From a virus, in the IMG/VR virus record IMGVR_UViG_3300045988_166584: 61,427 bases of DNA; one strand, given 5' to 3'. This document shows, piece by piece, positions 9,158 through 19,199 of this stretch; the stretch's first letter is position 1, and the number at the start of each line of letters is the position of its first letter. The notes beneath the pieces were generated by a model. It was not told the origin of the DNA, did no database searches, and saw only the letters and a program-made list of their open reading frames with translations. The position numbers were made by a program, and so were the translations under genes.

Positions 9158-9663
9158 TCTCCTATTACACGAAAAACAGTTCTATTAGATTTTAATTTCC
9201 CTCCACCGTTATAAAGTGGCATGTTACATTCTTTGAGGTAGAGTACGCACTCTTTTAAATAACGATCTGCAATGTTGCATGCATCATTATATACCATCAT
9301 CTTCTCCTTGAATTCCGTATGATTGCTATACTCACCTTCCTTGTTTACGAAGCCAAAACGGGATACATTCCCATCTCCATTTTTGACAATACAGGCATAG
9401 GTATAGTATGCCAATGCTATACGGAGCCCGGTGAAAAGTTTCTTTTCCTTGCATTTGGTTTCGTAAGTACCACCGTCAAGTAATAATGCGTATTTATCCG
9501 GATTCGTTTTTACATCAAGGAACAGTTCGTCTCCTAACGCTGATTTGATGTAGATATTCTCCGACTCACGGATATAGGTTTCTATCTTGTCAGGATCGAG
9601 ATGTACAGACATTCCGCGAGATAAAGCTGACACTTCATCTGTTGTTATTAGATATTGCTGCAT
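9154..9663 (-). CDS. Hypothetical structural protein
   Basis: 169-aa ORF with overlapping start and stop codons with its neighbours, suggesting translational coupling. Confidence 0.5.
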   Translation of the reverse strand: MQQYLITTDEVSALSRGMSVHLDPDKIETYIRESENIYIKSALGDELFLDVKTNPDKYALLLDGGTYETKCKEKKLFTGLRIALAYYTYACIVKNGDGNVSRFGFVNKEGEYSNHTEFKEKMMVYNDACNIADRYLKECVLYLKECNMPLYNGGGKLKSNRTVFRVIGE

Positions 9664-10822
9664 TTCTTATATACTTTAATGGTTCGACACTGAAATCTCC
9701 TGAAGGATTGGCTACTTCGTGCCAATAGCTGAACACACGACTTAGCGTGCGTTCTATAAGACGTTGTTGTTTGCTGACGATAGAGTTATAGTATTCGAAG
9801 GCATCTTCCAAAATATCGCCTGAGAATCCGACTTTACCAATACGGATGCAATACCATGGCTCTTGGCCATAAGCTGAATAAATACGTTCAACCACACTTG
9901 CGTCAGTAACGGTAAATTCTTTGTCGTAATTTTGTGAGTTCAGATTTATTATTTCAGGTTTTTCCTCATCGCTTTCTAAAGTAACTTCCATAATCTTTCC
10001 TGCATTCGTATCACCTTGCAACTGGATGAGTGTATTTGAGAAACTGTCGTCATCGTCTGTATCTTTCACTTCGTTGCCTTCTTCGTCAAAGGTTATGTTC
10101 GATCCCTTTTTGGTGAATACCATAGCGCCAGGGAAGAAATTATTTCGTACATTTCTGTACTTGACATTGGACAGCCCTTCATCGGTACTCATTTCTGTAG
10201 CCACCCGGTCACCTTTCCCGACAGGATAAGTATTTTTTCCGGCCATTGACACCCATAGGATTTGACCTTTGTAGTATTCAATGCCTCCGGCAGCTTCTAT
10301 TTGAGCTAGTATCACATCTTTTTTGGGGTTAAAAACGTCTATGTAGTCGATGTTTTCTTTCTTGACCTGCAGAGCTTTCCCTTTACGTGTCTTCTTTCCG
10401 CTCCAGTCTGGATGTACTGCTATTTTTGCCACATAACCGTTTTCATCTTCTTCCGTCAGACGGCAATTTTCAAACGGTACGTGCTGCATCTCCACTATCT
10501 CACAGAAAACATTGTAGTTAACATGGATTGCTATTCCATTGAGTTCGGACATGTCTTTACATAGTAACATGTGTACATCATCCAATGTGTCACCTTTTCG
10601 ATTGACCACATATTTGGAAAACGCAACCTCACGGAATCCGTTTCCTTCGATAAAGTCAGCGAAACGGTCTGAGCATTCAGATGCAGTAGAGCTTGCAGCA
10701 ATGATATTCTTTAATGTCTGTGGATATAGGTTGTCCTGTCCGTAGGCTTGAATTCCTAGATTTTGTAAATAGCTGGTATCAATGCGGTTACTGCTTTTCT
10801 TTTTTAGATCTCTTACTCTCAT
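9635..10822 (-). CDS. Putative portal protein
   Basis: 395-aa ORF with an acidic tract. The QGDTNAGKIMEV segment resembles the NAGK motif of HK97-type portals (from memory). It is the only portal-like candidate in the genome. Confidence 0.5.
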   Translation of the reverse strand: MRVRDLKKKSSNRIDTSYLQNLGIQAYGQDNLYPQTLKNIIAASSTASECSDRFADFIEGNGFREVAFSKYVVNRKGDTLDDVHMLLCKDMSELNGIAIHVNYNVFCEIVEMQHVPFENCRLTEEDENGYVAKIAVHPDWSGKKTRKGKALQVKKENIDYIDVFNPKKDVILAQIEAAGGIEYYKGQILWVSMAGKNTYPVGKGDRVATEMSTDEGLSNVKYRNVRNNFFPGAMVFTKKGSNITFDEEGNEVKDTDDDDSFSNTLIQLQGDTNAGKIMEVTLESDEEKPEIINLNSQNYDKEFTVTDASVVERIYSAYGQEPWYCIRIGKVGFSGDILEDAFEYYNSIVSKQQRLIERTLSRVFSYWHEVANPSGDFSVEPLKYIRNAAISNNNR

Positions 10823-10855
10823 GTTCGTGAGGTTTACGTCCGTCCTTTATATCTT

Positions 10856-11440
10856 TTAGTCAACTTTACCTTCGCCTTTTCCATTCATTGCGTTCATAAT
10901 CTCAATGGCCTTGCTTAGATGCAGATTCAGAGCTTTTTTACTGATCTTCTTGCCATTGATTTGGAAATCTTTCAACGTGTCAGCCACGGATTCTTCAGAA
11001 ACTCCGTCTTGCAATGATTCTACCATTGAATCAAGCAGGTTTTGATTGTATCCACATTTGTTAACACGTTCTTTCCAGTCCGTAGGTACATGGGCGAAAT
11101 AAATTTCACCTTTCGGATTTTTGGCAAGGTACTTTTCAGCAACTTCATCAGTGAGGTTGTCATTAGTGTACATTTTATTGCTTCCGAACTCCGGTTGAAG
11201 CAGGACACCATTTTTTAATCTATAATTACATTTTTCTTTCATACGGTTATTCTTTTTGATGTAAACAGTCATTTCGATTACAGCATCGCGATAGCAGTCG
11301 TTACATGATGTCTTGGTGAATTCTTTTCCTAACACTTCCTTGTACAATCTTTCTATCTCCGATTTATCAGAAGAGGAGTAGGAGGGAAGACCTCCTAGCT
11401 CCTTTAATTTATCAACCACTTCTTCTAACTCCATAATCAT
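10856..11440 (-). CDS. Hypothetical protein in the head module
   Basis: 194-aa ORF in the virion operon with no recognisable motif. Confidence 0.45.
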   Translation of the reverse strand: MIMELEEVVDKLKELGGLPSYSSSDKSEIERLYKEVLGKEFTKTSCNDCYRDAVIEMTVYIKKNNRMKEKCNYRLKNGVLLQPEFGSNKMYTNDNLTDEVAEKYLAKNPKGEIYFAHVPTDWKERVNKCGYNQNLLDSMVESLQDGVSEESVADTLKDFQINGKKISKKALNLHLSKAIEIMNAMNGKGEGKVD

Positions 11441-12045
11441 TCAGTTGATTTTGTCAGTGTTTCAACAAGCGTTTTTGTCGCATCGTAAGATGTTTTGTAC
11501 AAGAATAATGCTGATTTGGGAACCTTGGTTTCTTGCAAAGAGATATTCCATCCCCCTTCCGTTTCTTCGGAATACTTGTCATTGCCGATCTCTGCGGCTT
11601 TCAAACCTTGGTAGTAACCGTAAACCTGAAAAGCTGAATCTCCCGGATTCTCGCTTTTATTTAACCCTTTAGCTTTATTCTCCAATACAACGACAAAATC
11701 ACCGTTAGCAAGCCCATCAATAATGTCATTGCATACATCGGGGTCATTTGCTAATACAACCATGTTCACTGTGTTAGTGAACGTGTTACGATAGGTTCCT
11801 GTTGCCAAGGCTGTATTGGTACCTGTAAAAGGGGTTGCACCGAATACCTGTACCTTGTAACCTTTTTTACCTGTTTTCAGTGCAAGAGTTTCGATCACAT
11901 TCTTACGGGTTGCGTTGAATGTAACCGCACCGAAATCCACGTCTGCGCGATTCATTATCACACCTTCCTGTTCCAATCCGGGAACGATAGGATCATCGCA
12001 TGATGGTGCGATGTCCTTCTTGATTGTTATATCACATATTGCCAT
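11437..12045 (-). CDS. Putative virion structural protein
   Basis: 202-aa ORF immediately downstream of the capsid gene. It is Gly/Thr/Asn-rich and looks beta-rich. Confidence 0.45.
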   Translation of the reverse strand: MAICDITIKKDIAPSCDDPIVPGLEQEGVIMNRADVDFGAVTFNATRKNVIETLALKTGKKGYKVQVFGATPFTGTNTALATGTYRNTFTNTVNMVVLANDPDVCNDIIDGLANGDFVVVLENKAKGLNKSENPGDSAFQVYGYYQGLKAAEIGNDKYSEETEGGWNISLQETKVPKSALFLYKTSYDATKTLVETLTKSTE

Positions 12046-12060
12046 ATTTGCTCTTTTTCG

Positions 12061-13128
12061 TTAGTATGCTACCTGTACCAACTCATCTTCGCCAATCATG
12101 GAACCTAATTTTCCTGTTGAATAAATGTAGTTCTTGCGGGCTTTCTTATCAAACCAGATATCCAAGTCCGACATCGGTTCGGTGCCCTCACATCCATACA
12201 TCAAGTTCTCAGGAGAACATAAAACAGCACGATGCGGTAAGTTAAGTTTGGTTTTGTTGTTCTGATAGGCTTGAATAAATCTATCCCAAATGGAACATTT
12301 AACGATGGTTGTTCCATCGTATTTGCTGACCTCTACACCGTCAAATACAACTTCCCAGGGCATGATTACCTTGTACTTTTCTTTCATATCGTGAGTCAGA
12401 GCATCGCACATTGACTTGGTGGCGAAAATTGCGCATCCGTCTTTTTGGAAAATCCGGCTGTCGGCATCTTGCAACATCGCATCGAATATTGATGTGGCAA
12501 TGCCTGTTTCTTTCATCTTTGATTTTTGTAATGCATATGATTCTTCTGCGTTGGCTGCAATTTCAGTGTGCTGTCCGGTATTGTTGGTACAGATGGCAAA
12601 CAGACGTTTGAAAAAACCGTCACATGTTTTAAATAGTTCGATGTTTACTCCGTCAGTGATTTGACCACCTCCAGTGACAGACGCTGCTGATTTATCTCCA
12701 AACCATGTAAAACGCCACATCATTTTCATCATAGCTTCAGACAGCTTCGGCAGTACAATACCGTCCATATATTCGGTCGATGTCAGGTCTCCTATATTTG
12801 TTCCCGTTTTAAGGCAGTACTTGGCAATGGTGTTTTCCAAGTCTGTATAGCACATTTCCAAAGGAATTTGCCAATCCCCGATTTCCCATTCCTTTTGGGC
12901 GGCAGCGATAGCCACTTTTTTATATTCAGGGTCGCATCCGGAGCCGGCTACTCCGATATCTTCCATTTCACCGATAAAACCTGCTTTTTTACCGTTAGTC
13001 ACATTGGGCATAAACGTCATAAAACGCTCCATGTCCTCGTTTTGAAAGACTGTTAACTGAATAAGGTCTTTCAAGTCTTTTACAGCCTGATTATCAGGTG
13101 TAAGTTTGTCAAAATCTAAAATAGGCAT
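12061..13128 (-). CDS. Putative major capsid protein
   Basis: 355-aa ORF directly after the prohead protease/scaffold gene. The call rests on size and synteny. Confidence 0.55.
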   Translation of the reverse strand: MPILDFDKLTPDNQAVKDLKDLIQLTVFQNEDMERFMTFMPNVTNGKKAGFIGEMEDIGVAGSGCDPEYKKVAIAAAQKEWEIGDWQIPLEMCYTDLENTIAKYCLKTGTNIGDLTSTEYMDGIVLPKLSEAMMKMMWRFTWFGDKSAASVTGGGQITDGVNIELFKTCDGFFKRLFAICTNNTGQHTEIAANAEESYALQKSKMKETGIATSIFDAMLQDADSRIFQKDGCAIFATKSMCDALTHDMKEKYKVIMPWEVVFDGVEVSKYDGTTIVKCSIWDRFIQAYQNNKTKLNLPHRAVLCSPENLMYGCEGTEPMSDLDIWFDKKARKNYIYSTGKLGSMIGEDELVQVAY

Positions 13129-13142
13129 TTCCCCTCCTTTTA

Positions 13143-14273
13143 TTACTTGTTGTTTCTTTTTTCTCTTTCTTCACGAAGTTTTCTCTGAATAGGCGTTTCA
13201 TTTTCTTCTACTCCTTTTATACCCTTGTTGAACGTTTGGGTACGAGCTGACACTTTATAAGTACTACAATGTTTTGCCAGCCAGTTTTCGCCCCCGGCCA
13301 TACGGACTGCGTTCAGAATCTTGTTGTCCTCAATGGTACGGGCATTCGTCTTTAGAGAAGCATTCTCAGTTTCCAACTCTTCTATACGGGCTTTTAAAGC
13401 TTTCACTTCATCCTCTTCCAATTCATCAGGATCTTTAATTTCTGTAATAACGCCATCTGTCACAATGATAGTCTTTCCGTCAGGCATGACATGTTCGCCA
13501 TCGGGACTTGCTGTATCTCCTACTTGGGGTTCACCTTCATCTCTTTCCACGGTAAGCGTGTTACCTTCGGCATTTGTCAATTCCATAGATACGACCTGTA
13601 CGTCTTCAATTTTTTGATAGCCGCATTTGGCCAGCAGCCTGTCTATGATAGTCTGCTTCACTGTTACTTCTTTTTCTTTGTTCATTTTTTTGTTATTAAA
13701 TGTGTAAGTTCTCCCTTTGGCAGTTGTAGGCATAAGAACGGTCGTGATAAAACCTAATTGTTTGGCTGTTTCACCACCAAACCAACCGGCTTTATTCATT
13801 TGGGCTTCGATAACTGAGGCTTCCGATCCTGTGCGTTCTACATACAAAGCTAGCATCTTGTTTTTTTCACTCTCCAAGTTTGATTTTATTGATTCTAGGG
13901 TTTCAAGATCAAGGTCTCCATCGTATGAAGCCATATAAGGCTTGTGAATAAGAAACTTTGCATGTGGATAAGCAAAACGTCTTTCTTTTGCAGCGGCCAA
14001 TAATATCACGGTTGCCATGGATGCACATCGTCCTACTGCAGTACAGCTGATTTGCTTTCCTGAAGCACGTAAGGCGTCATAAATGGCATACCCTTCAACG
14101 GCATCACCACCGCATGAATGTATCTCAATATCAATAACGTGGTCATTCGGATCTATCCAAGATAGGAAATTTTGAATATCGGGAAAAGACAATCCCTCTT
14201 CACCAGTTAGATACCAATTTTCCATTTTGTCTTTATCCGCAACAATATCTTTGTTGATGTATAATTTCGCCAT
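13143..14273 (-). CDS. ClpP-like prohead protease with a C-terminal scaffold-like coiled coil
   Basis: ClpP/S14 motifs HSCGGDAVEGYAIYDAL, GRCASMATVILLAA (Ser) and FLIHKP (His), followed by an acidic coiled-coil tail. The preferred start is ATG 14273 (MAKLYINKD), which has a -7 box 18 nt upstream. The track start at 14348 lies upstream of that promoter. Confidence 0.75.
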   Translation of the reverse strand: MAKLYINKDIVADKDKMENWYLTGEEGLSFPDIQNFLSWIDPNDHVIDIEIHSCGGDAVEGYAIYDALRASGKQISCTAVGRCASMATVILLAAAKERRFAYPHAKFLIHKPYMASYDGDLDLETLESIKSNLESEKNKMLALYVERTGSEASVIEAQMNKAGWFGGETAKQLGFITTVLMPTTAKGRTYTFNNKKMNKEKEVTVKQTIIDRLLAKCGYQKIEDVQVVSMELTNAEGNTLTVERDEGEPQVGDTASPDGEHVMPDGKTIIVTDGVITEIKDPDELEEDEVKALKARIEELETENASLKTNARTIEDNKILNAVRMAGGENWLAKHCSTYKVSARTQTFNKGIKGVEENETPIQRKLREEREKRNNK

Positions 14274-14291
14274 ATATAATCTATTTTGAAG

Positions 14292-14299
14292 CAAAGGTA
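14292..14299 (-). promoter_or_regulatory. -7 promoter box TACCTTTG of the second late operon
   Basis: Exact TAnnTTTG on the minus strand, 18 nt upstream of ATG 14273. Confidence 0.55.
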
Positions 14300-14340
14300 A
14301 AAAACGGTATATGGCTATAAGAATTTCAGAACACAATAGC

Positions 14341-14359
14341 ACTGACACGCTTTGTCAGT
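14341..14359 (-). promoter_or_regulatory. Inverted-repeat element ACTGACA-N5-TGTCAGT (copy 1)
   Basis: Perfect 7-bp arms, ending exactly 41 nt upstream of the -7 box at 14292-14299. A near-identical element with the same spacing is at 25662-25680. Confidence 0.6.
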
Positions 14360-14394
14360 AAAAAAATAAGGGGAAGAATAATCTTCCCCCTTAT
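14360..14394 (-). terminator. Rho-independent terminator ending the first late operon
   Basis: On the minus strand, a 12-bp G/C-cored stem (ATAAGGGGGAAGA...TCTTCCCCTTAT) is followed by T7. It overlaps the stop of ORF 14391-14627. Confidence 0.7.
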
Positions 14395-14627
14395 TGAATT
14401 GAAACGTCAACGGACAACCTGTCAATGACTCTATAGATGGTCCTTTCTGAAATGCTGTATTCATTTGCCAGGTACTGCATGATATATGCCTTTTTATGAC
14501 CTTCAGCCGTAAGACGGGTGTAGTCTTTATACATTTCTAGGTATTTAATATCTGATGCATCTAATGACATTTCAGACATTATCCTAAGAGTGTTCCTGTT
14601 TATATATAATAGTTCGTATGCTTTCAT
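14391..14627 (-). CDS. Small HTH DNA-binding protein (Mor / sigma-70 region-4-like); candidate late activator
   Basis: 78 aa with the C-terminal HTH-like segment EYSISERTIYRVIDRL. It is the last gene before the terminator and the hairpin-bearing promoter. Confidence 0.5.
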   Translation of the reverse strand: MKAYELLYINRNTLRIMSEMSLDASDIKYLEMYKDYTRLTAEGHKKAYIMQYLANEYSISERTIYRVIDRLSVDVSIQ

Positions 14628-17266
14628 AAACTACCGCTTTCTTCTATGTATTTAATTCTATTCGCAACTGAAGTAAACTCTTCTACAGAAACGACAGGGG
14701 CAGGAGCCATCATCATTCCTTTGGCGACTGCTCTGGCCAGCATATCTTCGCCTAAAGTTTGATTATTCGTTGCTGTTACATTAATAGGTACACCTCCACC
14801 CATCATATTGAAGGATGATAGGATAGGGGCGAACATGGACGTAGCTTTGGCAGTTATAACGGATTCTCCATTCGACAATTGTGCCGGAATACTGTCGCTC
14901 GTTCCTGTCCCCGGTCCTGTAACCAAACCACCTTCTGCAAATTTAGCACTTTTTACTATCTTAACAGCATTTGCAATGTTAGAAAGGATTGTTGCAATAC
15001 CTGATGCCATTGTAGCTATACCAAGAATACCTTTCCCTGATTCAGCGGATACCATTTTTGCGATCGCCTTACCTGAATTGATGGCGATCTCTGCCAAAGC
15101 CAACATTTTGCTTGCCATAGCAAATCCTCTGTCAGACTCCCCAATTTGTTCTGTGAGAGCTACAAGGCCATTTGTCACCTGTTCCATTGCTTCATATTTA
15201 GTTTGTTCTATTTCAATCTCCTTATCGCTCAGTTCTTTTTTGGATTCCAGATAAGCATTCTGTGCTTCCAGCTTGCGAAGATTGAATGCTTCTATACTTT
15301 CACCTTCCATTTGCTGCAGGCTATCGAGCTCGGCTTTCTTTTGTTCCATCCTTATACGAAGAATTTCCTCTTCGTTATCATATGCTTGTGCGATTTCCGT
15401 TTCAAAGCGTATGCGCATGGCTTCCTGTTGCTTGTTGATAATATCCTGCTCATGAACTGTTGCCAGTTCGTCTATCTTGGTATTGTACTTTGCTTTAATG
15501 GCCAGTTTCATTTCTTCGGTTTGTTCTGTGCTGGTAAGTTCCGCCTCTTGTTGTGCTTGTAATTGTTGTATCTTTAACTGATACTCCTGCTCGCTGCCTT
15601 CCTTGACCGATTCCAATTGCAGGGATATCATTTTTAAACGGTTCTCCAGTTCTTTTTTCAGCTCCTCATCGGACAACTTGCTAAGCTCCATAGATTTTTG
15701 TTGTTCCAAAGCCTTTATTTTGGCGTTGATGGCTTCACGAGCCTTAGCGGTAAGGTTCTCTTCTTGCTTTAAACTGATTTGCAAATCCTCAATCTGCCGG
15801 GAATAGTTCAATTCAATCTCTTTCCGTGCTTGTTCTCTCTTGTCTTTCACTAAGGCAAGCATAGCATCTTCTGCTGCCCTTACTGCTTCCAGTTCTGTTT
15901 GCTTTGCTTCCTTTGCTTTGTCTGCACCTTCCTGGCGGATAGAGTTTAGGGTGTTTTGCTGCTCTGTCTGACGGCCGTAACTATCTTCCATTAGCTCCTG
16001 AAGTTCGTTGAATTGGTCACGGAACACTTTAAGGTCTTCTATCGTACTATCTGATAATCCAAGTTTTCCTATTACTTCATCGGCTGTAATATCACCAGCT
16101 TTAATCTGCTCCATCAACTTGCGTACTTCATTGTTCATCTCGGTAAATCCAAGGGTGTTAGCCAGTCTTGCTTCTGCTAGTTCTGTCTGTACGGCAAGGT
16201 CCTTCTTCTCAATTTCCGCAGCTTTTTCCGCAGCTTTAATACGTTCCTGTGTGGATAGGGTTTGGTCATCTGCAGCTTTTTTCAGCTTCTCAATTTCAGC
16301 TCGGTTAGAGGCACGTGACATGGACAGCATGACTTCCCTCTTGTCTATCTCATTCAAGACTTCTGCCAGCTTCCACGCCTGTTTGGTTTCATTGACTATT
16401 TCATCACCGATACCAGCGAATATGGATTTGGCATCATTCCCCGCCTGTTTGAAGTTCCCGGTAAACAGATTCACTAAAGCACTTCCCAACTTGCCTGCCC
16501 GGTCTATTAAGACATTTACAGTGGCACCCAGAGCCCCCATTATTTTATTGGCTGCTTCCACGCCCTTCTGTGTTTTGGTGAACCATGATACCAAAGATCC
16601 TAAAGCTACAATTAATACTCCAATACCAGTTCCAAGTAGAGCAACTTTCAACAGTTTCAAAACTCTAATCCAGCCGGTTGTGGTGGTCGAAACAGTAAGC
16701 ATTTCTGTTTTTACTCCAGACAAATAATTTCTTACTCCACCCAAGGAGGTCACCATTACATTTATCTGCTGCACGAACGGGATATTGGCATTGGCGGCTT
16801 CCATTATAGCTTCCTTGTAATTGCCAACATTTCGGTAATACCGCTGTGTCTCTTCTTCAGCGCCCTTTAGAGCATCAGTAACCTCATTAATCTTATTTTT
16901 CAATTCTGTGCCGCTAGCACCTTTACGTTCCGCTTCGGATAAAGCATCGTATTCAGCCGTTAGGTTTGACAGTTTGGCACGGAGAGAAACAAGGCTGTTT
17001 TCTTGTGCCTTCTCCTGCTTGAGCTGATTTTGCATTGTTTTCGTTATAACACGTATCGAATCATTACAGTCGTTGATATAGGCTTTAGATGCCGCCATTT
17101 CTTCATTGTACTGCTGCCTTTTTATGTCTCCAGCCTTTAACTGTTCCTTCAGTTTCGCCTCTGCTTCTTTGGCTTTGTCGATTTTTGTCTGATACTCGGC
17201 TATAGCTTTGATAGCCTCATTATAATTCACTTTGATATCAAGTATCTTTTCTACTTTGTCTGCCAT
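14624..17266 (-). CDS. Tail tape measure protein
   Basis: 880 aa with long coiled coils, central hydrophobic segments (LLGTGIGVLIVALGSLVSWF) and a Gly-rich C-terminus. Confidence 0.8.
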   Translation of the reverse strand: MADKVEKILDIKVNYNEAIKAIAEYQTKIDKAKEAEAKLKEQLKAGDIKRQQYNEEMAASKAYINDCNDSIRVITKTMQNQLKQEKAQENSLVSLRAKLSNLTAEYDALSEAERKGASGTELKNKINEVTDALKGAEEETQRYYRNVGNYKEAIMEAANANIPFVQQINVMVTSLGGVRNYLSGVKTEMLTVSTTTTGWIRVLKLLKVALLGTGIGVLIVALGSLVSWFTKTQKGVEAANKIMGALGATVNVLIDRAGKLGSALVNLFTGNFKQAGNDAKSIFAGIGDEIVNETKQAWKLAEVLNEIDKREVMLSMSRASNRAEIEKLKKAADDQTLSTQERIKAAEKAAEIEKKDLAVQTELAEARLANTLGFTEMNNEVRKLMEQIKAGDITADEVIGKLGLSDSTIEDLKVFRDQFNELQELMEDSYGRQTEQQNTLNSIRQEGADKAKEAKQTELEAVRAAEDAMLALVKDKREQARKEIELNYSRQIEDLQISLKQEENLTAKAREAINAKIKALEQQKSMELSKLSDEELKKELENRLKMISLQLESVKEGSEQEYQLKIQQLQAQQEAELTSTEQTEEMKLAIKAKYNTKIDELATVHEQDIINKQQEAMRIRFETEIAQAYDNEEEILRIRMEQKKAELDSLQQMEGESIEAFNLRKLEAQNAYLESKKELSDKEIEIEQTKYEAMEQVTNGLVALTEQIGESDRGFAMASKMLALAEIAINSGKAIAKMVSAESGKGILGIATMASGIATILSNIANAVKIVKSAKFAEGGLVTGPGTGTSDSIPAQLSNGESVITAKATSMFAPILSSFNMMGGGVPINVTATNNQTLGEDMLARAVAKGMMMAPAPVVSVEEFTSVANRIKYIEESGSL

Positions 17267-17270
17267 AATT

Positions 17271-19199
17271 TTAGATGTCTAATTGTAATAATTCGACATT
17301 TGCTATTCCTGTATTTTCTGCTGTAACGGATAGAATTGCATAATATTTTCCATATTGGGCCAGATATGCTGGAGTAGTCATATCTAAGTCTCTCAAGTCT
17401 TTTTCTGTTATTTCTATTTTTTCTTTAATGATTTTGGGAGTATACACTGCATTTTGAAAGCTTGTGTAGAATCTTTTTATGATATCCGTGAACGACAATT
17501 GTGTGAAGGTTCCATTTGATAGACCTCCATTGTTTTCCTCGAGAAGTATTCTTGGTTGAACTTTTTGCAGTTCAGCCTTTCCCTCTCCGTCATATTTGTA
17601 CAATCGTATGAATGCTGTAATTCCTCTCATGTCGCATCCTGCAAATTTCAACTCTGCCATTTCTCTAGACTTCTCTAATGAGCTGATCAAGCAAGTAATT
17701 TCTCCACTGTAGTTGCCTTTTACCGTATCATCGTCTTTGTATTTAAGTATATTTCTTTGTGCAAAGCCATCGATAGTGAATTTCATTTCTTTAGGCTTGT
17801 TGGCCATATACGATGCTATTACCCGTCTAGTCCAATTGTACGCTTGTTCTTTTTTCTTTATGATATCATCGACAGACATAAATCTTATAATGTTCGTGCC
17901 TTCAATAGGATATGCAAATACGCCTAGCATGGTAGATATTGCTTTAATAAAATCAAGCTGTGTCATATCTGGCAAATTTGGTATAATGGGGTAATGACCA
18001 TTCCCGTTAAGAATACTTTCGTCTGGTTGCTTGGGCGATACAAGGCTGTTTTCCATTCTTAGATTTATGATTCCATCTACACCGTTTGATACGTCTGCAA
18101 TAAATCCGATATTTGTGAATCCAAACCGGATATCTGTACCTTTGTTTACTGAGTCAGACTCTACACCTTCGAACTCAAACGTAATATTGTAAGAGTTTCC
18201 TCCATTGCTTATTATATCCGTATATCCTATGTTGAATATTTCATTGTTCTCTCCGTTCTCAATATAATAAGCTATCATGGCTGCATTGCTGGGATAGAAA
18301 GAAGTTAAAGTATGTATTGATACTTTGCCTGAAGCATTGAGCTTTATGGAGTTTCCTTTTGTCTTTATTCCACTAATGAATGTGCCTTCGCTTAGCGAGC
18401 TTTTATTTACCGTTCCATAATATGATGAATATTCTTTGTTTTCGAAGTAAAGTTCAATAGGCCCGGTTCCTTGGTTAAGGTAATATTTTGCATTCAACCA
18501 CAGTTCATTCTTTTGAGAGAATTCCAACCCGTCATTTCTTGTCAGCAATGGGATAAACAGCTTGTTCAAGACTGCTTGCTGTTCACTTGGAAAAATGAAT
18601 ATCACATCATTATCAAGTGATATATGTTCTAAAATCCATGTTGCTTTAACTGCCGGATGATAGGGTAAGTCTTTATCGGCTGAACGTATATTGTAATTTA
18701 CTTTTGGGAAAAAGAAATCTCCATGACTATCATATTGGCTTACGTTCTTTCCGCTATTCCATTCGATGTAATAATCAGGAAATGGATCATTCCCTTGGCT
18801 TTCATAATGCCAACGTTCTTTTAAATCTTGCAGTTTTTTTTCTTCATTGGCAATACTTGAAAATTGTGTTGCGTTTCCCCATATTAATGCGGTTTCAAAC
18901 ACATCAGACGTGCCTATCAAGTATATTTTTGCCCCTTTGATAATTTCTACTCCGTTTCTTATGTATCTAGCGTCAAGGTAAAATGAAGCAACGGAATATT
19001 GGCAGGATGGCAGGTCTGCGTGAAGAAATGCAGACTGATTCCTCACTGTGTTTGGAAGTTTAATAGTGTAGCTTGTGTTACTTACAATTTTGCCTATATC
19101 GGTGAATATATTATTCTTGTATTTTAATGTGATATTGGTGCTGTCGTCCATATCTACTAATTTGTTGTTGGCACCGACATATAATAATTCATTTCTCAT
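17271..19199 (-). CDS. Tail/baseplate structural protein
   Basis: 642-aa ORF adjacent to the tape measure gene. No catalytic motif seen. Confidence 0.5.
   Translation of the reverse strand: MRNELLYVGANNKLVDMDDSTNITLKYKNNIFTDIGKIVSNTSYTIKLPNTVRNQSAFLHADLPSCQYSVASFYLDARYIRNGVEIIKGAKIYLIGTSDVFETALIWGNATQFSSIANEEKKLQDLKERWHYESQGNDPFPDYYIEWNSGKNVSQYDSHGDFFFPKVNYNIRSADKDLPYHPAVKATWILEHISLDNDVIFIFPSEQQAVLNKLFIPLLTRNDGLEFSQKNELWLNAKYYLNQGTGPIELYFENKEYSSYYGTVNKSSLSEGTFISGIKTKGNSIKLNASGKVSIHTLTSFYPSNAAMIAYYIENGENNEIFNIGYTDIISNGGNSYNITFEFEGVESDSVNKGTDIRFGFTNIGFIADVSNGVDGIINLRMENSLVSPKQPDESILNGNGHYPIIPNLPDMTQLDFIKAISTMLGVFAYPIEGTNIIRFMSVDDIIKKKEQAYNWTRRVIASYMANKPKEMKFTIDGFAQRNILKYKDDDTVKGNYSGEITCLISSLEKSREMAELKFAGCDMRGITAFIRLYKYDGEGKAELQKVQPRILLEENNGGLSNGTFTQLSFTDIIKRFYTSFQNAVYTPKIIKEKIEITEKDLRDLDMTTPAYLAQYGKYYAILSVTAENTGIANVELLQLDI

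Noticed and set aside
14274-14348. Upstream start at 14348 for the protease gene
   Set aside because: The extra 25 aa (MSVLLCSEILIAIYRFLPLLQNRLY) span the promoter box and the dyad element. ATG 14273 lies 18 nt downstream of the -7 box.
14808-16727. Long plus-strand ORFs (for example 16008-16727 at 239 aa and 14808-15254 at 148 aa) inside the tape measure gene
   Set aside because: They are antisense to an 880-aa gene with clear tape-measure features. Their Ser/Leu/Phe-rich, low-complexity translations are typical of the reverse frame of a Glu/Lys/Ala-rich coiled-coil gene.
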